Positions 46,735-53,851 of a stretch of DNA of 53,851 nucleotides are shown in pieces. Position 1 is the first letter of the stretch, and every line of letters begins with the position of its first letter. The notes under the pieces were generated by a model. It saw only the letters and a program-made list of their open reading frames with translations. It was not told the DNA's origin and searched no databases. The translations under genes and the position numbers were made by a program. Source of the stretch: a virus (Duplodnaviria; Caudoviricetes); the IMG/VR virus record IMGVR_UViG_3300022744_000036, positions 1-53,851 of that record. One strand, written 5' to 3'.

Positions 46735-46979
46735 AAAAAGTCGTCGGCACCAACATCGACGGGCGCGTGGAGTGGCATGCGCGCCCAATCAGCTCGAACG
46801 ACTACCACACGATGTGTGGGGTGGATGCATACGACCCCGACATCGGGCACCACGGAACTGTCGAGCCTCCGAAGGGGCAGAAGATCACATGCCTGCAGTG
46901 CCGAGCCATGTGGGAGGGGTTTCGTGCGCTGGGTCTGCGCGATTCTGACTTTGCGCGCGAGAGTGGAGGTGCAGCATGA
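46731..46979 (+). CDS. small Cys/His protein
   Basis: H..TMCG...ITCLQC; ATGA coupling. Confidence 0.6.
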   Translation: MKKVVGTNIDGRVEWHARPISSNDYHTMCGVDAYDPDIGHHGTVEPPKGQKITCLQCRAMWEGFRALGLRDSDFARESGGAA

Positions 46980-47254
46980 CTACCGTGAACGAATTTGTCC
47001 GTGACGGCGTGAAGTACGTCGCGCAGGCCAAAAGAGGGTGTAGGGGGTGCGCGTTCCACCGCATCAGGTGTGCGGATACGCCGCCCTGCTACCCCGAGGG
47101 CAGAGACGACGGCCAAGGCATCATCTGGGTGCGGGCCGATGGTCAGGCCACGGTAGACATTGCCGACATCATCGCAGGCGCACTCAAGACCAGTCGCGCC
47201 CGTGCGTTTGAACTTATGCAGGCGGCGCTTGATGCGCGGGAGGACGGAGCATGA
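46976..47254 (+). CDS. small Cys-rich protein
   Basis: CRGCAF..C...C..RDDG domain. Confidence 0.6.
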   Translation: MTTVNEFVRDGVKYVAQAKRGCRGCAFHRIRCADTPPCYPEGRDDGQGIIWVRADGQATVDIADIIAGALKTSRARAFELMQAALDAREDGA

Positions 47255-47364
47255 CGATCTTCTGGGCTTTCGCCGTCGGGATTTTTACGGGACTCGTCGT
47301 CGGGTACTGCATCGGCTTCTACGACGGGTACATTCGCGGGAAGTCCCTCGACGGAGAAAAATGA
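47251..47364 (+). CDS. small membrane peptide
   Basis: MTIFWAFAVGIFTGLVVGYCIG...; GGAG RBS. Confidence 0.5.
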   Translation: MTIFWAFAVGIFTGLVVGYCIGFYDGYIRGKSLDGEK

Positions 47365-47522
47365 TGACCGACAAGCACATCACCTTCATAGTGTTCATCG
47401 CCCTTTTGCTCGGAGTCTGGATCGGCTATGTCGGCATGTCCATTGGCTTTCAGCAACAGTGTGGGAAGAACCATGAATACCGGGACGGCGCCGTCCGCAT
47501 CAAGTGCGAGGTGACGAAATGA
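47361..47522 (+). CDS. small membrane protein
   Basis: TM segment plus C...C pair. Confidence 0.5.
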   Translation: MMTDKHITFIVFIALLLGVWIGYVGMSIGFQQQCGKNHEYRDGAVRIKCEVTK

Positions 47523-47689
47523 CAAAACTGCACTATCAACAATATCCGTACAAGCTGACAGCAGTACGGTATGGCTTCCGTTACACGCTGGGCCGGTACT
47601 CCACCCGGCAGAAAGCCGAGGCGGCTATGGCCCGGTTTGCGACGGGCGAGAACGCCTATTACATCGACCTGAAAATTGAGGAGATTTAA
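47519..47689 (+). CDS. hypothetical protein
   Basis: GAGG RBS; LGRYSTRQKAEAA. Confidence 0.5.
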   Translation: MTKLHYQQYPYKLTAVRYGFRYTLGRYSTRQKAEAAMARFATGENAYYIDLKIEEI

Positions 47690-47690
47690 C

Positions 47691-48014
47691 ATGGCTGAAC
47701 ACCAACACGCCGAAATCCTGCGGGCGATCGCGGACGGGAAAGAGATCGAGATTTTCAATCCTGTGAAGGACCTTTGGGTCACCGCCAGCCTTGGCGCCGT
47801 CGTCCAATTTCCGAATGCACGGTTTCGCGTCAAGCCTGAGCCGAAGCCGGATGTGGAACGGTGGTACGTACTGGGCACCCATCCGGGATTCGGCTATCCA
47901 TCGGAGAGCGAAGCGATTCAGGCAATAGGCCTGTTCTCGGCACCCGCCTACGCCGTTCATGTCGTCATCGACGGCGAAACCGGCAAGGCCAAGAGCGTGG
48001 AGATCGTGGGATGA
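47691..48014 (+). CDS. hypothetical protein
   Basis: HAEILRAIADGKEIE and FRVKPEP; GAGGAG RBS. Confidence 0.65.
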   Translation: MAEHQHAEILRAIADGKEIEIFNPVKDLWVTASLGAVVQFPNARFRVKPEPKPDVERWYVLGTHPGFGYPSESEAIQAIGLFSAPAYAVHVVIDGETGKAKSVEIVG

Positions 48015-48334
48015 AGCTCAACGCCCATCTGATGGCCCGGATGGTCCGCATGCTGGTCGAAGGGCCGTGCATGGCGCGCGAGATCGTCGACGAGACCGGG
48101 CTGGCCTACTGCACCGTGATCTCGTACCTGCAGGCGCTGCACCGTCAGAAGGCGGTGCACATCTGCGGCTGGGAGCGCGACGTCATGGGGCGGGCGCAGA
48201 TCAAGGTCTATGCCTTCGGCGAACACAAGGACACCCCGCGTCCGCGCCTGACGGATGCGCAGAAGCAAGCCGCGTACAAGTCGCGGCGTCAACTCAACGC
48301 TGCCCAGGCAGCACTCACTGGAGCACAAGCATGA
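48011..48334 (+). CDS. winged-HTH protein
   Basis: REIVDETGLAYCTV..YL..LH...VHICGW. Confidence 0.65.
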   Translation: MKLNAHLMARMVRMLVEGPCMAREIVDETGLAYCTVISYLQALHRQKAVHICGWERDVMGRAQIKVYAFGEHKDTPRPRLTDAQKQAAYKSRRQLNAAQAALTGAQA

Positions 48335-48762
48335 AAGTCAAAGTCAAGCAACTGCGCCCGAACGCCAAGCTGCCAACCTACGCGACCGATGGGAGCGGTG
48401 CGTTCGATCTGTACGCAGTAGACGGCGGGTACATGCAGGAGGGCGAGAACGCGCAGTATGGAACCGGCCTATCATTCGAGGTGCCGGAAGGTCACGTCAT
48501 GCTGATCTTCTCCCGGTCCGGCCACGGCGCCCGAGGCATTCGCCTCGCCAATTGCGTCGGTGTCATCGACTCCGACTACCGGGGCGAGGTCTTTGTCATG
48601 CTACATAACGACGGCATCTCGGAGTTTTCGTTCGTCGTCAATGCCGGCGACCGCATTGCCCAGGCCCTGATCCTCCCGATCCCCCGGGTCGAGTTCGAGG
48701 TGGTGGATGAACTGTCGCCCACGGCGCGTGGCGACGGCGGGTTCGGGAGCACGGGGTCATGA
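48331..48762 (+). CDS. dut: trimeric dUTPase
   Basis: AFDL, RSG, GVIDSDYRGE, GDRIAQ and RGDGGFGSTG motifs. Confidence 0.95.
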   Translation: MKVKVKQLRPNAKLPTYATDGSGAFDLYAVDGGYMQEGENAQYGTGLSFEVPEGHVMLIFSRSGHGARGIRLANCVGVIDSDYRGEVFVMLHNDGISEFSFVVNAGDRIAQALILPIPRVEFEVVDELSPTARGDGGFGSTGS

Positions 48763-49070
48763 CGACTACTCTCGAAATCGAGGTCATCGACCAGTACGGC
48801 GGCCGGCACAGGTTTTCTGCCGACTCGCACCGGTTCGAGTGGCGCTTAAAGCCAGGGTCGCTCGATATTGAGGGGGCCGAGTTTTTGGGCATATTCAAGG
48901 ATGTCGGGGACGATGAATTCGAGCTGATTGCCACTTTTCCGAGGCCGTCTCGGGCCGGTGTTGTCACCGACCAGATGTCGCTGGAGATGCCATTCCGGAG
49001 CCCGACGTTTGAACGATGCCAGAGGTGCGGATTCATCCCTCCAGGGTCAATGAAAGGTGGTGCGGCATGA
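48759..49070 (+). CDS. hypothetical protein
   Basis: ATGA coupling at both ends. Confidence 0.55.
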   Translation: MTTTLEIEVIDQYGGRHRFSADSHRFEWRLKPGSLDIEGAEFLGIFKDVGDDEFELIATFPRPSRAGVVTDQMSLEMPFRSPTFERCQRCGFIPPGSMKGGAA

Positions 49071-49219
49071 CAAAAGCCGAATGCCTGCGCATGATGTGTC
49101 TGCTGTCCGCGCTTGAGAGCGTGATGCTCTCTCACGGTCCGATCCCGGATTACCTGCGTGAAGCACTTGCACTGGCGGTCGAGTCCCTACAGCGCGAAAT
49201 CCTGAAGGAGCCGGCATGA
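49067..49219 (+). CDS. hypothetical protein
   Basis: LLSALES...PDYL; ATGA coupling. Confidence 0.55.
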   Translation: MTKAECLRMMCLLSALESVMLSHGPIPDYLREALALAVESLQREILKEPA

Positions 49220-49599
49220 GCGACGTGAACGAATTCGCCCTCGACGGCGTGCGGTACGTCGCGCAGGATGACGCCAGTTTCGCCTGCCATGGGTGCGCGT
49301 TCACTGGCGATGCTCGCTGCCACGCCACTCCAAACTGCAGCTCCCGCGACGACGGCCGAAACATTGTCTGGGTACGCGCCGAACCCGAGGCAGCAACCCC
49401 GCCCGCTCCTACCCAGGACGGAAGCCAGGCCGCTGTCGTCGACCGCTCCTATTCGTACCGCCCCATCACGCCCGAGACGCCCCGGGGCAAGTTGATGGTG
49501 GTGGCCAACCGCCAGGCCGGTGTCGCAAAGATCGGAGTGATCCGGTCGGGCGACGACTTCTGGACCCACTGGGCACCACTGCCCGTTTTCGAGGATTGA
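49216..49599 (+). CDS. Cys-rich domain protein (paralog of 46976-47254) with a THWAPLP domain
   Basis: Shared N-terminal domain; AAGGAG RBS. Confidence 0.65.
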   Translation: MSDVNEFALDGVRYVAQDDASFACHGCAFTGDARCHATPNCSSRDDGRNIVWVRAEPEAATPPAPTQDGSQAAVVDRSYSYRPITPETPRGKLMVVANRQAGVAKIGVIRSGDDFWTHWAPLPVFED

Positions 49600-49602
49600 A
49601 CC

Positions 49603-50163
49603 ATGAGACTGACCAACTTCCACCGCGACGCCTTCATCAACCGCGCCATGGACGATGTGCCACGCAAGCACGCCGACTTCGACGAGGAGTTGCGCAATCT
49701 TGCGCTGCGCACGGTCGTCGCGCACATGCCGCCGCAAGTGGCCCAGGTGTGGTCCAGATTCCCGGACTGGATCCAGCAGGGCACGGTGTGGCTGCGGCCG
49801 TCCGACTTCGGCTGCGAGTGGCCCGGCAGCACGTTGACCAGCGCGTTGCACACACCATTCGCGGATCGTGGCGTGTTGTTGAAGTGGCTCAAGAAGCCGG
49901 AGTACGCCCCGCAGTTCAAGGCACTGTTCGACAGCCGCAACGAAGAGCGCTCACGGATCGATGCTCTTGAGAAACGCCTCCGCGCTGTGGCCTACGGCTG
50001 CACCACGCGTGCCGCGCTCGCCAAGGCGCTGCCCGAGTTCGAGAAGTACCTGCCCGCCGAGGAGGGCGGTGTCGACCGCACCGTGCCTGCCGTGGCGAAC
50101 GTGGTGGCCGACTTCGTGAAGGCGGGCTGGCCGAAGGGTCAGGCACAAATCGCAGTGCAGTGA
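49603..50163 (+). CDS. Nmad5-like (nucleotide-modification-associated) protein
   Basis: MRLTN..R..FI...M.DVP, TT...L...LPEFEKYLP and AGWP pattern, recognised from memory. Confidence 0.65.
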   Translation: MRLTNFHRDAFINRAMDDVPRKHADFDEELRNLALRTVVAHMPPQVAQVWSRFPDWIQQGTVWLRPSDFGCEWPGSTLTSALHTPFADRGVLLKWLKKPEYAPQFKALFDSRNEERSRIDALEKRLRAVAYGCTTRAALAKALPEFEKYLPAEEGGVDRTVPAVANVVADFVKAGWPKGQAQIAVQ

Positions 50164-50173
50164 GGACTAAACC

Positions 50174-51115
50174 ATGACCCCTCTCGTCATCTATCACGAC
50201 CACTGCACCGACGGGTTCGGTGCGGCCTATGCAGCCTGGCTCACTCTCGGCGACGCTGCCGAGTACCTGCCCATGAGCTACGGCCAACCGCTGACGCGAC
50301 CCGTCGCTGGGCGCGATGTCTACATCCTCGACTTCTCGTTCCCGCCCGAAGAGACGCGCCGCATCATCCGCGAGGCTGCGCACACGGTGTGGCTCGACCA
50401 CCACAAGAGCGCATTCGAGGCGTGGTGCGGGGAGTACAAGCGCGGCATGCGCCGCGTCGAGGACGACCGCGACCAGGGGTATGGAGACGCCACGTACAAG
50501 ATCATCCTCGACGACAACAAGTCGGGGGCACGGCTGGCGTGGGGGTATTTCCGTTCGCGGACTGTCCCGTTGAAAGTGCGCCTGATCGACGACCGTGACC
50601 GCTGGCAGTTCCACTACGCGGACTCGAAGGCGTTCCACGCCGGGCTGCAACTGCGCAAGCCGTGGACGTTCGACGACTGGCACAACCTCAACGAAGATAA
50701 GGTGATCGAGCAGGGCCGCACTGCCCTCGCCGTCTACCAGCAGCAGATCGACGACCGGGTTTGGGTGGCCAATCGCGTCACGATCGTCCCCGGCGTCATC
50801 GACTCACATCTCAGCTACCTGCCCCCCTGGCTGTGGTCATTGTCGAACCAGTGCTACGTCGCCGGCCTCGCCGTCAACTCGCCCATTCACCAGTCCGAGA
50901 TCGGGCACGAACTCGCCACGGCGAGCGGTACGTTCGGCCTTGTCTGGTACTACGACGCGGCCACCGGGCGGGCCAACTGTTCGCTGCGCAGCAACGGCGA
51001 CTACGACGTGAGCCTGATCGCCAAAGCGTTCGGTGGCGGCGGGCACCAGAACGCGGCCGGTTTCAACATCGACATGCCGACGCTGCTGCGCTGGCTGCCG
51101 GGACCCCAGGAGTGA
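50174..51115 (+). CDS. DHH/DHHA1 phosphoesterase
   Basis: YH..C.DG, LDFS, LDHHKS, SLRS and GGGGH..AAGF motifs. Confidence 0.9.
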   Translation: MTPLVIYHDHCTDGFGAAYAAWLTLGDAAEYLPMSYGQPLTRPVAGRDVYILDFSFPPEETRRIIREAAHTVWLDHHKSAFEAWCGEYKRGMRRVEDDRDQGYGDATYKIILDDNKSGARLAWGYFRSRTVPLKVRLIDDRDRWQFHYADSKAFHAGLQLRKPWTFDDWHNLNEDKVIEQGRTALAVYQQQIDDRVWVANRVTIVPGVIDSHLSYLPPWLWSLSNQCYVAGLAVNSPIHQSEIGHELATASGTFGLVWYYDAATGRANCSLRSNGDYDVSLIAKAFGGGGHQNAAGFNIDMPTLLRWLPGPQE

Positions 51116-51118
51116 ACT

Positions 51119-53065
51119 TTGCAGATCGCCACGATCGACTTCGAAACCTACTGGTCCAGCGAGTACAGCCTGACCAAGCTCAGCCCGCTGGAGTACGTGA
51201 TGGGCGACCCGTTCGAGCTGATCTCCTGCTCCATCAAGGTGGATGACTACCCGACCGACGTGTTCTTCGGAGAGCCGGCGATCCGCAAGGCGCTGCACTC
51301 GCTGGACTGGTCGGGCAAGGGACTGTGTGGGCACAACCTCTCGGGGTTCGACGCCTACATCACCGCCTACCGCCTGGGCATCCGCCCCCGGATGTACTTC
51401 TGCACGCTGGCGATGGCGCGTCCGCTGCACGCCAAGACGACCGGGCTATCCCTGGCCAAGTTGGTGGAGCACTACGGGCTGGGCGCCAAGCGCAACGCGG
51501 TGCTGCTGCAGACCAAGGGCAAGCGGCTCGCCGACTTCACGGAGCAGGAGCTGCGGGACATGCGGGAGTACAACCGCGACGACACCGAGCAATGCCGGGG
51601 GCTGTTCAAGAAGCTGCTGCCGCACTACTCGCCTAACGAGTTATGGCAGATCGATGCCCTGACCCGCATGCGCACCGAGCCGGCCTTCGAGCTGGACCGC
51701 CCTCTGCTGGAGACCGCCGCGAGTATCGAGCGGGATCGCAAGCACAAGGCTGTCATCGACCTGGGCCGGCAGCTGGGGGTCCCCTGGATTCACGAGGACG
51801 GCACGGGGCGTACCGCCGAGGAGGTGGAGGAGGACGTGCGCTCGCAACTGGCCAGTGCCCCCAAGTTCAGCGCCCTGCTGGAGAAGCTCGGGGTCGAGGT
51901 GCCTACGAAACCGTCCCCCACCAACCCGGAGAAGGAGGTGCCGGCGCTAGCCAAGACGGACGAGGCGTTCCTCGCGCTGCAGGAGCACGATGACCCCGTG
52001 GTGGCAGCCGCCACCCGGGCTCGGCTGGACGTGAAGTCCACGCTGCTGGAGACCCGCATCCAGAAGTTCCTCACCGCTGGTCGGCTGGCCGGGGGCAAGC
52101 TCCCGGTGCCTCTCCGGTACTGCGGTGCGGACACCACGGGGCGGGATAGCGGCGAAGAGTATAACTGCCAGAACCTTAGTCGAATCGACCCCGACAGACC
52201 TAGGCCATCCGACGCGTTGCGCAACAGCCTGCGGGCCCCCAAGGGTCACAAGGTCATCGTGGCCGACCAGTCCGGCATCGAGCTGCGGGTGAACCACTTC
52301 TTGTGGAAGGTGGCGGCCAGCATGGCGCTCTACCAGGAGAGCCCCGACAAGGCCGACCTGTACCGGGCGTTCGCCGGCCGCTACTACAACAAGGCCCCCG
52401 AGGCGATCTCCAAGCCAGAGCGGCAGTTCGGCAAAATCTGCCAGCTCGGTCTCGGCTTCGGTGCCGGAGCCCCGGCGTTCCAGCGCGTGGCCAAGATCAT
52501 GGGCGGGATCACGCTCGCTGCGCCCGAGTCGGAGTCGGCGGTGTTGGCCTGGCGGTCGGAGTACGCCGACATTGTGCAGGGGTGGCGGGCCTGCGGGCAC
52601 GCACTGACCTACATCGCCGCCGGGTCTCGCTCCGAGGTGGATCCGTGGGGGATGGTGACAACCTGCCAAGACGGCTTTGTACTGCCTTCCGGGCGCCTCA
52701 TCCGGTACCCTGATCTGCGCGTCGAGGAGGATGGCACCTGGCCCGACGGACGCCCCCGGAAGTCCTGGTTCTACGCCCACGGCAGGTACAAGGCGCGCCT
52801 TACCGGGCCCAAGGCCACGGAGAACATCGTGCAGGCCCTGGCGCGCGACTCCATCTTCGACTGCGCGGTGGACTTCTACAAGCACACGCGGCTGCGCCCC
52901 GCTCTGCGGGTGCATGACGAGCTGGTGTATGTGGTCCCCGAGCAGGAAGCTGACGCGCTGCTTACGGAACTGCAGCGGATCATGCGGACCCCGCCACGCT
53001 GGTGGCCGGAGCTGGTCGTGTGGTCGGCCGGCGACGCCGCTGACTCCTACGGCGAGGCGAAATAA
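51119..53065 (+). CDS. family A DNA polymerase with 3'-5' exonuclease
   Basis: DFET, HN..FD, DQSGIELR (motif A), R..GK...LG..FG (motif B) and VHDE (motif C); TTG start. Confidence 0.93.
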   Translation: MQIATIDFETYWSSEYSLTKLSPLEYVMGDPFELISCSIKVDDYPTDVFFGEPAIRKALHSLDWSGKGLCGHNLSGFDAYITAYRLGIRPRMYFCTLAMARPLHAKTTGLSLAKLVEHYGLGAKRNAVLLQTKGKRLADFTEQELRDMREYNRDDTEQCRGLFKKLLPHYSPNELWQIDALTRMRTEPAFELDRPLLETAASIERDRKHKAVIDLGRQLGVPWIHEDGTGRTAEEVEEDVRSQLASAPKFSALLEKLGVEVPTKPSPTNPEKEVPALAKTDEAFLALQEHDDPVVAAATRARLDVKSTLLETRIQKFLTAGRLAGGKLPVPLRYCGADTTGRDSGEEYNCQNLSRIDPDRPRPSDALRNSLRAPKGHKVIVADQSGIELRVNHFLWKVAASMALYQESPDKADLYRAFAGRYYNKAPEAISKPERQFGKICQLGLGFGAGAPAFQRVAKIMGGITLAAPESESAVLAWRSEYADIVQGWRACGHALTYIAAGSRSEVDPWGMVTTCQDGFVLPSGRLIRYPDLRVEEDGTWPDGRPRKSWFYAHGRYKARLTGPKATENIVQALARDSIFDCAVDFYKHTRLRPALRVHDELVYVVPEQEADALLTELQRIMRTPPRWWPELVVWSAGDAADSYGEAK

Positions 53066-53165
53066 CCACGCCATCAACATGCAATCACGCAAATTCACGC
53101 ACACACTACCGTTAGGAGTAGACTTGCACGCACACCAGGGAGGCCCCTAACTACAGGAGAACGAC

Positions 53166-53771
53166 ATGACACCCGACCGACAAGCCCTGCTTGAGGCCGT
53201 CCGATACCTGGTCGAGTCAGACCAAGCGGAGCGCGAGGCGCAGGAGCTGGACACCGTGGTGCAGTTCGCCCGGCTACACCCGGTCAGGTTCAAGGGAGAC
53301 CTCTCCACCCTCAACCCGCTGCTCGACCTGGCGCTCACGGATCCCGCGACCTTTGAGCGGATCCAGGCCCTCATCAATACCAAGCGCACCGCCGCCGGCA
53401 ATGTGCCGGCCTGGCCTCCCGAGGAGCGAGAGCGCTTCGACGTGCGGACCTATCAGCGGGAACTGATGGCGCGGCGCCGGCTGCGCGTAGGCCGCGTGGT
53501 GGATGTAGAGAACTCGCTGCGCCCCGAGCGGGACCAGATCCGGGGCAACGCCCGGATGGAGTTTGAGCGCGTGCAGCTCAAGAAGTGGGGCGACCAGCTG
53601 CGGGCCCGGCTCGACGCAGCGCGCCTGAACTCCGGAGGCCGGCTCACCAAAGAGCACCTCCAGGGCATCACGGACAAGTTCTGGAGCGGCGTCCTCCAGC
53701 TCGTCGAGCTGGAGGACGCCGCCCGCATCGAGCGACTCAAGCCGGCGCACCAGCGTCGGCGCTTGACCTGA
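53166..53771 (+). CDS. hypothetical protein
   Basis: AGGAG RBS; YQRELMARRR. Confidence 0.7.
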   Translation: MTPDRQALLEAVRYLVESDQAEREAQELDTVVQFARLHPVRFKGDLSTLNPLLDLALTDPATFERIQALINTKRTAAGNVPAWPPEERERFDVRTYQRELMARRRLRVGRVVDVENSLRPERDQIRGNARMEFERVQLKKWGDQLRARLDAARLNSGGRLTKEHLQGITDKFWSGVLQLVELEDAARIERLKPAHQRRRLT

Positions 53772-53782
53772 GAGAAAAAGAA

Positions 53783-53804
53783 CCCCCGGCACTCAGGCCG
53801 GGGG
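53783..53804. terminator. terminator-like hairpin
   Basis: CCCCCGGC-loop-GCCGGGGG preceded by an A run. Confidence 0.5.
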
Positions 53805-53851
53805 AATACCATCAACAAGGAGAACAACACCCGACCCAACATCGGCCAGAA

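Noticed and set aside
1-53851. Integrase, RNA polymerase, tRNAs, DGR reverse transcriptase
   Set aside because: No supporting motifs seen. The window is a partial genome, so lifestyle cannot be determined.

Overview
About 54 kb of a GC-rich tailed dsDNA phage genome, probably podovirus-like. It has a portal, scaffold and coat, two adaptor-like proteins, a gp10-like tail hub and three large ejection proteins, and no tape-measure or sheath gene was recognised. Layout: (+) replication block at 1-7098 (truncated SNF2 helicase with an intein, SSB-like protein, HTH, primase-helicase). (-) packaging, morphogenesis and lysis block at 7109-36884. A divergent control region at ~36890-38640 holds a highly structured RNA-like leader and an AT-rich repeat array. 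(+) early/accessory block with an amidoligase + class II glutamine amidotransferase pair, many small ORFs, dUTPase, Nmad5-like and DHH proteins, and a family A DNA polymerase. No integrase, tRNA, rRNA or CRISPR was seen. Main observations: (1) repeated +1-frame overprinting: an HNH gene inside the helicase intein, two RBS-bearing small genes inside the 2167-aa ejection protein, and a lipoprotein-like ORF starting inside the putative holin; (2) a genome-wide CTAAC-NN-GTTAG palindrome, often inside sigma70-like promoters; (3) a split tail-hub gene with a large insertion; (4) a GNRA-rich structured RNA with a boxA-like element. All calls come from reading motifs by eye; no searches were run.
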